From a virus: a DNA stretch of 64,000 nt. A program made the position numbers and the translations under genes. The stretch lies in IMG/VR virus record IMGVR_UViG_3300042731_001312, positions 37,110 to 101,109 of that record; one strand, written 5' to 3'. Positions 10,549 through 20,637 of this stretch are shown piece after piece (positions within the stretch are counted from its first letter, which is position 1; each line of letters begins with the position of its first letter). The notes beneath the pieces were generated by a model that made no database searches, was not told the origin of the DNA, and saw nothing but the letters and a program-made list of their open reading frames with translations.

Positions 10549-10576
10549 AAAGCTCTCAAACTTTTTTCAAAAAACT

Positions 10577-10735
10577 TTAGTGCGATGTATAGAGCTCTAT
10601 TCTGGCAGGTATAACGACTGTCATATTACAGCCATCACAACATTTTCCAGAGTCTTTAACTGGCCACGGATTATTACCGTATTGCCCCTTGATAAGCTCG
10701 TCGCAAATGCAACATTTAAAAGGTTCTTTTACCAT
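10577..10735 (-). CDS. 52-aa zinc-binding phage protein (absent from ORF track)
   Basis: Hand translation MVKEPFKCCICDELIKGQYGNNPWPVKDSGKCCDGCNMTVVIPARIELYTSH; two CxxC pairs; start overlaps the stop of the upstream gene. Confidence 0.75.
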   Translation of the reverse strand: MVKEPFKCCICDELIKGQYGNNPWPVKDSGKCCDGCNMTVVIPARIELYTSH

Positions 10736-11025
10736 ACTTGTGTCATTGATTCACCGTACTCGGCGATGTCGTCTTTAATAATATTGATAATGTCTTCGAT
10801 TCGCCTTACATCTTCCATCGGCAATCCAAGTGTTTTTGAGTCTTCAAGCAGAGTATCATATAGATAACCATCCCAGATACCGCTAAGAGCATTTGTTACG
10901 TTGTTAAAGATACTTTCATCATTGTCAATACACCATGACTGGACTCGTCTAATGGTTTCTGCGTGGTAGCTCATAAGCTCCCCGTCAAATAATTGGTGTC
11001 TGTTGAATCTTTGATAATTTGCCAT
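10729..11025 (-). CDS. Hypothetical early protein
   Basis: 98-aa ORF directly downstream of the early-type promoter at 11037-11075. Confidence 0.7.
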   Translation of the reverse strand: MANYQRFNRHQLFDGELMSYHAETIRRVQSWCIDNDESIFNNVTNALSGIWDGYLYDTLLEDSKTLGLPMEDVRRIEDIINIIKDDIAEYGESMTQVW

Positions 11026-11036
11026 TTGTCTCCTTG

Positions 11037-11075
11037 TTTAATTACAGTACTAATATAATAAAAAAATCTGATATA
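11037..11075 (-). promoter_or_regulatory. Early-type (host sigma) promoter
   Basis: Contains the 29-mer ttttttattatattagtactgtaattaaa, identical to 24784-24812. Confidence 0.75.
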
Positions 11076-11181
11076 TGAAACTTTTTTAGCAACTATTTTG
11101 CAAAAAACTTATTAACATCACCGCAGAAACAAATCAGAATGTAGATATATAATATGTATAACAAACAAAAGAATTGGTGAT

Positions 11182-11376
11182 ATGTTGATTACAGCGGACT
11201 ACTTCCGTCTCAATGAGATCCTTACACAAATGGTGGAAGCTAACCAGCTCACAGAAGGTGAGCGTGAAGAGTTACTACACAAATCAGGGCTGATTAAGCA
11301 AGAGGACGGGACATGGAAGGAAGTATCTACAGACTCTAGAACAGGGTATGCTGAAGCTTATTTGACATTGGACTGA
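11182..11376 (+). CDS. Hypothetical protein
   Basis: 64-aa ORF preceded by overlapping middle and late motifs (11126-11153). Confidence 0.6.
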   Translation: MLITADYFRLNEILTQMVEANQLTEGEREELLHKSGLIKQEDGTWKEVSTDSRTGYAEAYLTLD

Positions 11377-11403
11377 AACTATTGATTGTTGTGCAACTAT
11401 AAG
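11375..11403 (+). promoter_or_regulatory. Middle-type promoter (gp32)
   Basis: GAAAC-N18-TATAAG. Confidence 0.65.
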
Positions 11404-11453
11404 GTATTGAAAGTAATTTTCAAGTTTTAAACATTTAAACAATTTTAAGTATC

Positions 11454-12383
11454 ATGAGTGAAAATTTTGACATTTTTAACTTGGGCGTAGAAGACGTTGA
11501 AACGCATCAGCCCCAACAAACAACGGTAAACGAAGTTTACAAACCAACTGCCGATGACGGCAAAGACGGAACTTACAAAGCACTAGTGCGTTTTGTTCCA
11601 AACCCAGAGAATCCAAGAAAATCTCTGATTCAAAAGTACGTACACTGGATGACTAACTCAAACGGTGACGGTAAATTAGTTGACTCTCCAGCTACTATCG
11701 GCGAGCACTGTCCAATTGCAGATGTATTCTGGAAATTGCGCAAGTCTGACTCAGCGGTAGATCGAAAATCTTCTGAGAAGCTAAAGAGACGTCAGCAGTA
11801 CTATTCTCTTATTAAGATTATTAAAGATCCACAAAACCCAGAACTAGAGGGTACTTACAAAGTATTCAAATTCGGTTACAAGATCAAAGAAAAGATCGAC
11901 TCTGAGTTGAAGCCTGATTTTGGTGAGCCAACACAAGTATACGATCTATTTGAAGGTAAGAACTTTGAATTAGTTATCACTCGCCAAGGTGAGTACAATA
12001 ACTACGATAAGTCTAAGTTCTCTTCTAGTAAATCTGCAATCTTAATGGGTGATACTCCAGCAGAAAGAACTCAAGAGGCAATGAGTCAAATTAAAGCTGA
12101 ACTAGAGAATGCTCCTTCATTGGCACAATATGACTATAAGCCATGGGACGAAGACACTAGAGCATTCGTTAACAACGTTCTTAGAATGTATCTAAATCCA
12201 GGTGACTCGATCGCCGCAGTAACTGCAACTCCAGCTTCAAAGCAAGCAACTGCTAAAGCAGAACCTGCTCCTGTGGCAGCACCAGCAGCAGTAGCCGCAC
12301 CTGCAAAAGTAGACACTGAAACAGCTGCACCTGCAAATACGGATGATGATTTAGATTCCTTCTTAAATGACCTCAACCTCTAA
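11454..12383 (+). CDS. gp32: Single-stranded DNA-binding protein (T4 gp32-like)
   Basis: ALVRFVP, HCPI, YKVFKFGYKIKEKI, GKNFEL, NNYDKSKF, acidic tail DDDLDSFLNDL. Confidence 0.92.
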   Translation: MSENFDIFNLGVEDVETHQPQQTTVNEVYKPTADDGKDGTYKALVRFVPNPENPRKSLIQKYVHWMTNSNGDGKLVDSPATIGEHCPIADVFWKLRKSDSAVDRKSSEKLKRRQQYYSLIKIIKDPQNPELEGTYKVFKFGYKIKEKIDSELKPDFGEPTQVYDLFEGKNFELVITRQGEYNNYDKSKFSSSKSAILMGDTPAERTQEAMSQIKAELENAPSLAQYDYKPWDEDTRAFVNNVLRMYLNPGDSIAAVTATPASKQATAKAEPAPVAAPAAVAAPAKVDTETAAPANTDDDLDSFLNDLNL

Positions 12384-13446
12384 TCCTATACAGTTAACAG
12401 AGGAGCTTAAGAGTAGAATAAAGAAAGCACTAAAACAAGTTTGTGTAGAACATCATTCTACTCCTAATAAGCAACTACTTAAAGACATGCCAGGGCGTAT
12501 AACCCTGGCGTGTCCTTATTGTGGTGATTCTCATACTGATGATACCAAGAAACGTGGTAACATGTATTGGGACACTTTGCAGTATCATTGCTATAACTGC
12601 TCTCACCACACAAACCTGCATAGTTTCTTAAAGGACCATCAGGTTAAAATGCCCAACAATGGTGACTCATTTACTATTATCGACTATATTAAGGCTAATA
12701 AGACACAGGTTACTCAAGACGAAGTCTTACAGAATCAGTCATTAGCTAAAGTACAGGAATTAGGGTTAACAGTCGATGAGTTTAAACAAGTATTTGGGGC
12801 TAAAGAGATTGAACCTGGGGACTGGATTTGGTTTCAGTTAAAAGACCGATTATTACATAATAAAGCAGATGAGTTTCTGTTTTCCCCCAAAGGCAATAGA
12901 CTGTGGATTCTAAACCGTGGGCTTGAAGGTAAAATTATCGGTGCACAATCCAGAAGAATGAAGGGCTATGGGTCTAGATACCTGACCTATGACCTACCAA
13001 AAATATATGAAGAGTGGAATAAACCGCTCGATCTATCACAAGAGGAATTAAACAAACTTGCAAAAGCCAGCACGCTATTTGGTATTATGCAAGTTAATTT
13101 CCAACAACCAGTAACTCTGTTCGAGGGGCCTATTGACGCTAAGTTTATGCACAACTCTTTAGCGTTAGCTACAGCGGGACGTTCCACAGAAGAGTTTGAT
13201 GAAATGGCAACAGTACGTTATATGTTTGATAACGATACTACTGGTAAAAAGAAGATGATGGAAAAATTAAAGAAAGGTAGACCTGTTTTTATGTGGTCTA
13301 AATTTCTAGAAGATTTTAAGCTAGATACATATAATATCAAGGATTTAAACGACTTGGTAAGAGTATGTTTTGAGCAGAAGTCTCCGGCATGGAAACAAAT
13401 TGAAAACTACTTTACATCAAGCGAATTAGACCTATGGTATGTATAA
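12367..13446 (+). CDS. gp61: DNA primase (T4 gp61-like)
   Basis: Zn ribbon CPYCGDS...YHCYNC; TOPRIM FEGPIDA, FDNDTTG, KDLND. Confidence 0.92.
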   Translation: MTSTSNPIQLTEELKSRIKKALKQVCVEHHSTPNKQLLKDMPGRITLACPYCGDSHTDDTKKRGNMYWDTLQYHCYNCSHHTNLHSFLKDHQVKMPNNGDSFTIIDYIKANKTQVTQDEVLQNQSLAKVQELGLTVDEFKQVFGAKEIEPGDWIWFQLKDRLLHNKADEFLFSPKGNRLWILNRGLEGKIIGAQSRRMKGYGSRYLTYDLPKIYEEWNKPLDLSQEELNKLAKASTLFGIMQVNFQQPVTLFEGPIDAKFMHNSLALATAGRSTEEFDEMATVRYMFDNDTTGKKKMMEKLKKGRPVFMWSKFLEDFKLDTYNIKDLNDLVRVCFEQKSPAWKQIENYFTSSELDLWYV

Positions 13447-13451
13447 AAGAA

Positions 13452-13643
13452 ATGGAAGATAAGTTAGAAGACTTTTTTAAAGACTCTGATAGATTTAAAG
13501 GCAACAAGCTTTTAGTCGGCTTTGATGTAGATGAGTTTAACGTACAGAGTAAAGATTTTGCTGTGGAAAAGCCTAAACTTAAGAAGGGCCAAAAGGCTGC
13601 TAAGTTTATTAAGTCTAATCCAAACAAAAAATCTCTGTTCTAA
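13452..13643 (+). CDS. Small hypothetical protein ending KSLF
   Basis: Fills the gap between primase and uvsY; ATG 13452 preferred. Confidence 0.55.
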   Translation: MEDKLEDFFKDSDRFKGNKLLVGFDVDEFNVQSKDFAVEKPKLKKGQKAAKFIKSNPNKKSLF

Positions 13644-13653
13644 TATAACTAAT

Positions 13654-14076
13654 ATGAGTAAAGAAAAGATTCAGGCCCTAGATCAAAAGTTATCTGCCCA
13701 AAGACAACAGTGGTCAGATACTGTTAGGGGCCTAGCAAAGGGACTAAAGAAAGTCGACGGCATGGAAGATGTTATCGCTGAGGTGTTATCTTCAAGACAG
13801 ACCATGGTCGACCAAATCGCGTACCTTAATGTAAAAATAAAAGAACAAAGAACGGCAATCTCAGTTAGATACCGCGAGGCATATATCAGATATTATGAGT
13901 ATGACTACAAACTAGGTGAGAAGCAAAAGGAAAGGTTTATCGAAACCGATCTGGCAGATGAGAATATTATTCTATCTCATCTAGAAAATCAACTAGACTT
14001 TTTTAATAGCTCAGTAAAAACCCTAGATAATATGGGCTTTGCTATTAGAAATAGGTTGTCGTTGAATGGACTATAA
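13654..14076 (+). CDS. uvsY: Recombination mediator, UvsY-like
   Basis: 140-aa helical protein immediately upstream of uvsW; C-terminal KTLDNMGFAIRN resembles UvsY; ATG 13654 follows a middle-type promoter. Confidence 0.65.
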   Translation: MSKEKIQALDQKLSAQRQQWSDTVRGLAKGLKKVDGMEDVIAEVLSSRQTMVDQIAYLNVKIKEQRTAISVRYREAYIRYYEYDYKLGEKQKERFIETDLADENIILSHLENQLDFFNSSVKTLDNMGFAIRNRLSLNGL

Positions 14077-14079
14077 TAG

Positions 14080-15588
14080 ATGGAACTAAGTTTAACAGAT
14101 AATAAGCAGTTTCTACGTGTTGATGAGGCGAGTGAGTTAGAGATAGAACAGCTTAACATCACTTTTAATCGTAGGATTGAGAACTGGCGATTCCACCCTC
14201 TTGTGAAAAAGGGTTTATGGGATGGCTATATCTCATATATTAAGGATGATAAATGGATTCCTTCTGGCTTATGGAAAGAGATAATGGACCTGTGTAAGCA
14301 GTATAAGTTTGAGCTTAAGATGAATGGCGTTACCTCGTTGTTCGATCCTAGTGTAAAGCAAGAAGAGTTCACAGAGTGGGCAGAACAGTATTTCGACGGC
14401 CATGAAATTACACCTAGAGACTATCAGATTGAGGCCGCATATAATATCTTAAGGTTTAGAAGATGTCTAAGTGAATTAGCAACATCAGCAGGTAAAACCC
14501 TGATAACGTATATGGCTCTTGCGTATATGTTAGAGAAGGGTAAAGCAGGCAGAGTATTACTTATTGTCCCAAACGTTTCGCTAGTCGTACAGGCCTCTGA
14601 GGACTTCATGGACTATAACTGGCGTGCAGCTACTAATATTAAAATACAACAGATCTACTCTGGTCAGAAAGTAAGACCCGGTAGAAACGTGGTAATCGGT
14701 ACATATCAATCCCTAGTTAAAAAGGATAAAGAATACTTTGAGCAGTTTGACGCTGTAATTATTGATGAGACTCATAAAGCCAAATCCACATCAATTAAAA
14801 CTATTCTACAAAAGTGTACTGCTGCAAACTATCGTTTTGGTTTATCGGGTACAATTCCAAAACCAAAAACATTAGATAGATTAACCTTAATGTCTCACAC
14901 CGGACCTGTGATTACAGAGGTTAATGCAAACTTCTTACAACAAGAAGGCCACATTGCAGGTTGTAATGTGAAAGTAATTAAAATGGATTATGCTCCACAA
15001 AGTACAAAGAATGCTTTTAGAGAGATGTCCCAAAACAGATATGAAAGTAAAGACGTTTTCAAATTCGAAAGCAATTATGTCATCAATTCAACAGGCCGCC
15101 TTAGTTTCATTTGCAACATTATTTCCAGAGTACGCGGCAATAGCCTTGTACTTTTCCACAGGATTGAACATGGTAAGAGAATCTATGAGAAACTTCGCCA
15201 AGATAGCGATAAGCCAATTTACTATGTTGATGGCAACACCGATAAAGACATCCGTGAAGAATATAAGAAGAAAATGGAAGCTGGCGCCCAGGTTGTTATT
15301 GTGGCTTCTTACGGTACATTTTCTACTGGTATTTCTATTAAAAAAATACACAATATCTTCTTTACAGAATCGTTTAAGTCGGAAGTCATAATTAGACAAT
15401 CGATCGGTCGAGGTCTAAGAAAACACCACACCAAATCAGAGGTTAATATTATTGATTTTGTAGATGATTTAAGCTCACCGGACTGGGATAATTACCTTAT
15501 CAGACACGCGAAGGCTAGGCAGAAGATCTACAAGGAGCAGAAGTTCCCTTTTGAGATAAAAAATGTAACTTTTGACGGTGATATATAA
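14080..15588 (+). CDS. uvsW: SF2 DNA helicase UvsW
   Basis: PRDYQ, LATSAGKT, IIDETH, GLSGT, ASYGTFSTGISIK, QSIGRGLR. Confidence 0.95.
   Translation: MELSLTDNKQFLRVDEASELEIEQLNITFNRRIENWRFHPLVKKGLWDGYISYIKDDKWIPSGLWKEIMDLCKQYKFELKMNGVTSLFDPSVKQEEFTEWAEQYFDGHEITPRDYQIEAAYNILRFRRCLSELATSAGKTLITYMALAYMLEKGKAGRVLLIVPNVSLVVQASEDFMDYNWRAATNIKIQQIYSGQKVRPGRNVVIGTYQSLVKKDKEYFEQFDAVIIDETHKAKSTSIKTILQKCTAANYRFGLSGTIPKPKTLDRLTLMSHTGPVITEVNANFLQQEGHIAGCNVKVIKMDYAPQSTKNAFREMSQNRYESKDVFKFESNYVINSTGRLSFICNIISRVRGNSLVLFHRIEHGKRIYEKLRQDSDKPIYYVDGNTDKDIREEYKKKMEAGAQVVIVASYGTFSTGISIKKIHNIFFTESFKSEVIIRQSIGRGLRKHHTKSEVNIIDFVDDLSSPDWDNYLIRHAKARQKIYKEQKFPFEIKNVTFDGDI
15580..15588 (+). promoter_or_regulatory. Late-type promoter (internal-protein block)
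   Basis: GATATATAA overlapping the uvsW stop. Confidence 0.75.
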
Positions 15589-15624
15589 TACTATAGTAAA
15601 GTATTAAAAATAAATTCAATAAAA

Positions 15625-17475
15625 ATGGGTTCATTAAAACTACAATCTTTTGAAGAGTTTGCAAACGCTTCTGCAAAGGCAGCTGCTGTAAAACTTGAAG
15701 AGGAACAAAGCGCTGCAAGAAACGCTGCAGCAGATCAATTTAAATCTCTATTAGCCGAGTTCGGCGCTACATCATTAAAAGATCTTAACGAAGAGGAAAG
15801 AGGCAAGTTTTACGCTAAACTTGGTGCTTCTGAAATCTCTGAGTCTGTAGCAATCATCGAAGAAGGCACGAGATCTCAAGTAGGTAGAATTACTAAAAGA
15901 GGTAAAATCGAATCAGTGTATATGCACTATGATGGTTATCCAGACCACATGCTACCTACAATTAAAAAAGGATATAAGGACGGAGCTAACGTTCAACTAC
16001 TGTTGAAGAAAGGAGGTGGCTCAGGCCTGGAAGCAGATCCAGCAAAGATTAATTTCTATGGAGATAAGCATGTATTGAAAGGTGACGCTAAAAATATTGA
16101 TAAGTATCTAAAGGATGCTGACTATGATGGTGGTGCAGAATTCGTTTACCTATATGATGAAAGAGATGGTAAATGGTATATGGCTGACATCTATGGCGGC
16201 GGTGGTTTAACACCAGCATTTGAGTCATTTATTATTAACGAAGCGTTTGTACCTTCTAAGGGTAATTTAAGAGACGCTAAGAAAGTGTCTAAGTCGTTAG
16301 AGCAAATTATGATGGAAGCGGTTGCTTTAACTAGAGATAAAGAGACTCACCTAGGCGCAGTAAAATACTTATTAATGTATGCACTAGAAGATGCTAACTT
16401 CCACAGCTATATGGAACCCGTAGCTAAGAAGATTGGCGGAAAGATCAGAACTATTATGGTATCGATCGATGAACTAGGTGGTATTGAACTTCCTATCGGT
16501 GCAAAAACAATCCAAAAATTCCTAGACCAAAGATACTCTAATTTATCTAGCGCAGCTGGATGGTCAGGTATCGGTCTTGTTGAGGGTGTTGCAATGTATC
16601 TAGATGGATGGGGCTTCTCAAAAGAGGCTCAAGCAATCGTAGATCAATTTAATCTAATCTGGCAAAATGAGTCAGTAATGAATGAGGGTAATGCATTCCT
16701 AGCAGCAAGAGCAAAAGCAATCGAGGAAGATGCTGAAGAGTTCGAGTTTAACGGTAAGACTTACCCGGTTATTAAAGAATCTGATGAGGCTATCTGTGAA
16801 GCAACTGTTGAGATGGATGCATTAGATCCAGATAATAAAGACTTCTTAAAGTTCTTAAAGAAGAACAGGGTTAAAATCATTAATAAAGTTATGGACGGTC
16901 CAGGCGGAGGTACACCAGTTATTACAATGCAGGGTAAAAGAAAAGACCTTGAAAAAGTATTAGCAGATCCAGAACTTGGTTGGGACGATCCAGATTTAGC
17001 AGAATATATTGAAGAAGGTAACGCTTTCGGTGCTGCAAGAGCTGAGGCTATTGCTAAAGGTGATGACAAATTCAAAGTAGGAGACGAAGAATATCCAGTT
17101 GAAGACGTTGACGCTGAAGATAAAGAGAACGCTGAAGAGTTTGCAGCAGAAGGTAATGCTTTCGGTGCTGCAAGAGCAGAGGCTATCGCTAAAGGCGAAA
17201 AAGAATTTACAGTAGACGGAGAAACTTACCCGGTTGAAGACGTTGACGCTGAAGATAAAGAGAACGCTGAAGAGTTTGCTAACGAAGAAGCAGTTACAGA
17301 GGCTGAAGTAAAATCAGACGAAGATTTTAAAGAGTATGCATTCTCTGTTTTACAAAAAGCATTCGGTGATAAATTTGATGAAGAAAAAGCACAAGAAGTT
17401 GTAGACGGTTTATTGTCTAAGCACGGTGAAGATTATGGTGCAGCAGTAGGTGCATTACAATCGTCATTAGGATAA
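15625..17475 (+). CDS. Modular probable internal head polyprotein
   Basis: LQSFEEF CTS-like motif; TRSQVG...YMHYDGYP domain; three EGNAF.AARA.AI repeats; modules separated by IEE/INE/MNE/VTE; late motif at 15580. Confidence 0.6.
   Translation: MGSLKLQSFEEFANASAKAAAVKLEEEQSAARNAAADQFKSLLAEFGATSLKDLNEEERGKFYAKLGASEISESVAIIEEGTRSQVGRITKRGKIESVYMHYDGYPDHMLPTIKKGYKDGANVQLLLKKGGGSGLEADPAKINFYGDKHVLKGDAKNIDKYLKDADYDGGAEFVYLYDERDGKWYMADIYGGGGLTPAFESFIINEAFVPSKGNLRDAKKVSKSLEQIMMEAVALTRDKETHLGAVKYLLMYALEDANFHSYMEPVAKKIGGKIRTIMVSIDELGGIELPIGAKTIQKFLDQRYSNLSSAAGWSGIGLVEGVAMYLDGWGFSKEAQAIVDQFNLIWQNESVMNEGNAFLAARAKAIEEDAEEFEFNGKTYPVIKESDEAICEATVEMDALDPDNKDFLKFLKKNRVKIINKVMDGPGGGTPVITMQGKRKDLEKVLADPELGWDDPDLAEYIEEGNAFGAARAEAIAKGDDKFKVGDEEYPVEDVDAEDKENAEEFAAEGNAFGAARAEAIAKGEKEFTVDGETYPVEDVDAEDKENAEEFANEEAVTEAEVKSDEDFKEYAFSVLQKAFGDKFDEEKAQEVVDGLLSKHGEDYGAAVGALQSSLG
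17014..17280 (+). repeat. 135-bp imperfect tandem repeat x2 (EGNAFGAARAEAIAKG...YPVEDVDAEDKENAEEFA)
   Basis: Units start at 17014 and 17149; a more diverged third copy lies near 16684. Confidence 0.9.
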
Positions 17476-17493
17476 ACAAAAACCAAACTTCTT

Positions 17494-18765
17494 ATGAAGA
17501 TTTATACAAACTTTCAAGAATTCTTAAACGAAAAAGTCCAGGTTAATAACTTGGACAATTTCGTATTTGAAGGTGGCGCCGCGGGCCACATGATGCACCC
17601 GTTTGATGACCATTCATTAACATTTGGTGATTTTAAAACTATCGTAAGATCTGCTTTACAAGGAGGTCTAGATTTTGAAGAGGCACCAACTGAAAAGACA
17701 GATGGCCAGAATGTATTCGCAACAGTAAAGGACGGTAAGGCTATGTTTGCCAGAAACAAGGGGCAATTAGCTAATCCACTTGACCTAAACGGTATTATTG
17801 AGATGTTTACTGGCCACGCTTCAAAGCTAGTTGAAGAAACATTCATCTTCGCCGCTAAAGATTTAGCAGAAGCACTGCCAAAGATCAAGGACCAATCGGT
17901 ATTCATGGACGGTAGGGCTTTTATCAACATGGAGCTTATTTACTCTAAGAACCCTAATGTAATCTATTACGACAGAGATGTTATTCAATTCCACGGTATG
18001 AAAGTTACCGATGGTAATGGTAATATCATTAGTGAAGAGAATATCGCAGCAGATATTGTAAAAGCACTACAAGACTTAAAGGCCGATGTGCAAAAGACCT
18101 TTACTATAATTCCCCCTCAAATTTTAAAGATAGGAAAAGACATTAACTTTGACGAGAGAGTCGGCTATTACGAAAAGGCGATAAATAAACTAAGAGATAC
18201 TTATAGTCTATCGGATCAAGATGAGGTTAAAATGTATCACGAGGCTTGGTGGAGAAACCAAATCGAAGAGAATTTTGCAGATTTAGACCCGGCATTAAAA
18301 GAGGGACTCTTATTAAGATGGGCGTACCTAGACAAGAAGACTCTAAATATGAGAGAGTTAAAGAAGGCAGTTACTCCAGAACAAGCAAAGGCCGTTAAAG
18401 ATTTTGATGGTCAAAGAAACAAGAAGTATAAAGAAAACATTCTACCTTTTGAGAACTTATTTTTAGAATTAGGCGCAGATGTTTTAAAGAATGTTTCTAA
18501 TTTTGTTGCTGCTAATCCAGAAGCTGAGAAAGCAAGATTACACAAGCAGATCAGAACTGAAGCTGACAAGGTTAAAAAGAACGGCGATCTAAAACAGATT
18601 GAGAAGGTAGAAAAAGAATTAAAAAGACTAGAAGGTATCGGCGGTATTGAGTCAATCATTCCAACCGAGGGCCTAGTCTTTAAATACAATGGTAAAACAT
18701 TCAAGTTAACTGGGACTTTTGCCGCTATTAACCAGTTAATGGGTATTATTAAATACGGTAGATAA
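17494..18765 (+). CDS. Ligase-fold nucleotidyltransferase (DUF6267-like)
   Basis: GGAAGHMMHPFD; motif I TEKTDGQN; motif IV/V EGLVFKYNGKTFK; N-terminal TNFQEFLNE CTS-like. Confidence 0.7.
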   Translation: MKIYTNFQEFLNEKVQVNNLDNFVFEGGAAGHMMHPFDDHSLTFGDFKTIVRSALQGGLDFEEAPTEKTDGQNVFATVKDGKAMFARNKGQLANPLDLNGIIEMFTGHASKLVEETFIFAAKDLAEALPKIKDQSVFMDGRAFINMELIYSKNPNVIYYDRDVIQFHGMKVTDGNGNIISEENIAADIVKALQDLKADVQKTFTIIPPQILKIGKDINFDERVGYYEKAINKLRDTYSLSDQDEVKMYHEAWWRNQIEENFADLDPALKEGLLLRWAYLDKKTLNMRELKKAVTPEQAKAVKDFDGQRNKKYKENILPFENLFLELGADVLKNVSNFVAANPEAEKARLHKQIRTEADKVKKNGDLKQIEKVEKELKRLEGIGGIESIIPTEGLVFKYNGKTFKLTGTFAAINQLMGIIKYGR

Positions 18766-18774
18766 TAAACTATT

Positions 18775-20637
18775 ATGGCATTACAGAATTTAAAAACATA
18801 TTTCGAAGGCGCTAACATATCAGACGTCGATAATCTTCTTAGCAACAAGTGTATTGTAACCGAGAAGATTGATGCATCTTCTTTTCACGTCAAAAGAGAC
18901 GGATCTGATTTTTTATTCTATAAGTCTGGCTCTAAACAAGAAATGGATCTAGTAGATCGCACGATTGTTAGATACTACGAGAATGCTATTAGATACTTTA
19001 GATCTGTATCTGAAGGCGCTGTAAAAGACATGCCATTCGACTGGAAATTTGGTTTTGATTATTTAGTAGATAATAAGACTGTTGATATTGAGTATGACAT
19101 ACTTCCAAAGTCTAATCTTATTCTAACGCATATCCAAGTTTTGCAACCATCTAATCCTACTAAGATTAGAAAGGTAATTAGAGACACTAAGGTCCTAAAT
19201 AAATGGGCAGATAAGTTAGGTGTCGCTGGACCTCCAGTTTTATTTGAGGGTCTATTAGACTCGGGCCAGAAAGATGCAATTAAAGCTCTATTGGCGATGT
19301 CAGTTAATGAGTTTGAGCAGAAATTTGAAGATAAAGATAAGCCTACATTTACTAGAAACGTCTTTGGTATTTTTAACCAGAACATGAAGCAATCAGCTTT
19401 AATGAATGACCTGTCTAAGGATGTTGCTGGCTTTATTGTTAACTTCCATGATGGAAAAGAGTTGAAGTCTTTTAAACTAGAGAAGTTTAATAAAAAACCG
19501 GCTGAAGAGAGAAAACCTTCAGACATGTATCAAATCACAATCTTAGATATTGTAGAGCACTTAACTCAATTTGACTTTGAATCAATACAACTAAAAGAAG
19601 AGCAATCAGATTTAAGATATTTAGAACTAATGTCAGGTGTTTTTAATGACTATGTCGAAAAGAATGCTACTAAATATATTGGCGCTAAATTTGATTCTGC
19701 TGACTTTTCAGAATCTCCTCTATTTGAATTAAACCACAAGTTTATTCAAAATGAAAAGACCTTAACATTAGTACAAGATAGAATCTTATCAGAGCTATTT
19801 AAAATTACATTAGGTTCTTTTAGAAAGAAGAGAAATAAAGAAACAGATATTATCAATGCCGATCTAATGAATACTATCAACGATATTGTAGAAAAGATTG
19901 AGGGTACGGTGATGGCAAAAACAAACGAAGGCGACGTTATGAATTTCAATCAATATTTATTAAACCAAAAGATTTCGGCACAAGTTAGTCCAATCACAGA
20001 GGGTTTAACTGTTAATTATCCAGAACAGGGTAGTAAGCCAGTTAACATGTTTGTTGGTAGATTCCAACCATTCACGTTAGGTCATGCTAAGGTGGTTGAA
20101 ACTATCTACAAGCAAAACGGACATCCAGTAGTTATCTTCTTAATTAAGTCTAAAACTAGAAAGGCAGAAGATGCATTTAAGAGACCTTATGATGAAGAAA
20201 CTCAAATGTCAATGTTAGACAAATTAAAGTCTAAATATCCTATTGAGAAAGTTTATATCTTAGATAGAGCAGCAATTGATCTAATGTTTAATACAATGAG
20301 AGCTGATGGCTACGAGCCAGTACTTTGGGGAACAGGAACTGATAGACTTAAGACCTATTCATACCAAGTCGATAAGCCAGAATATAGAGAAGATCTTGGA
20401 GTGAGAGATGATTTCGGTTTATTTGAAATACCAAGGACAGGTAAGAATATCTCAGCTACTCAGGTTAGAAACGCAATGTTAGATAACGACGAGAAGATGT
20501 TTAAAAAATTAACACCCAAAGGCATCCATAGTATGTATGGAGAATTAAAAACTAAATTAGAGGATTCAATGGGAGTAGTTGCGGAGTCATCGCAACCAGA
20601 GTTCTTAACCTTCGAAGCCTTTTTGAAGAATATATAA
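18775..20637 (+). CDS. Fusion of a degenerate RNA-ligase-like domain and a HIGH-family (cytidylyl/adenylyl)transferase
   Basis: IVTEKIDASSF at the N-terminus; GRFQPFTLGH, GTDR and ISATQVR in the C-terminal third. Confidence 0.75.
   Translation: MALQNLKTYFEGANISDVDNLLSNKCIVTEKIDASSFHVKRDGSDFLFYKSGSKQEMDLVDRTIVRYYENAIRYFRSVSEGAVKDMPFDWKFGFDYLVDNKTVDIEYDILPKSNLILTHIQVLQPSNPTKIRKVIRDTKVLNKWADKLGVAGPPVLFEGLLDSGQKDAIKALLAMSVNEFEQKFEDKDKPTFTRNVFGIFNQNMKQSALMNDLSKDVAGFIVNFHDGKELKSFKLEKFNKKPAEERKPSDMYQITILDIVEHLTQFDFESIQLKEEQSDLRYLELMSGVFNDYVEKNATKYIGAKFDSADFSESPLFELNHKFIQNEKTLTLVQDRILSELFKITLGSFRKKRNKETDIINADLMNTINDIVEKIEGTVMAKTNEGDVMNFNQYLLNQKISAQVSPITEGLTVNYPEQGSKPVNMFVGRFQPFTLGHAKVVETIYKQNGHPVVIFLIKSKTRKAEDAFKRPYDEETQMSMLDKLKSKYPIEKVYILDRAAIDLMFNTMRADGYEPVLWGTGTDRLKTYSYQVDKPEYREDLGVRDDFGLFEIPRTGKNISATQVRNAMLDNDEKMFKKLTPKGIHSMYGELKTKLEDSMGVVAESSQPEFLTFEAFLKNI

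Noticed and set aside
10580-10867. Plus-strand 95-aa ORF
   Set aside because: Antisense to two better-supported minus-strand genes with their own promoter.
13531-13653. Longer N-termini from the ORF track (13531, 25073, 29669, 37651, 58734)
   Set aside because: They overlap upstream genes or promoter motifs; downstream ATGs with A-rich leaders fit better.
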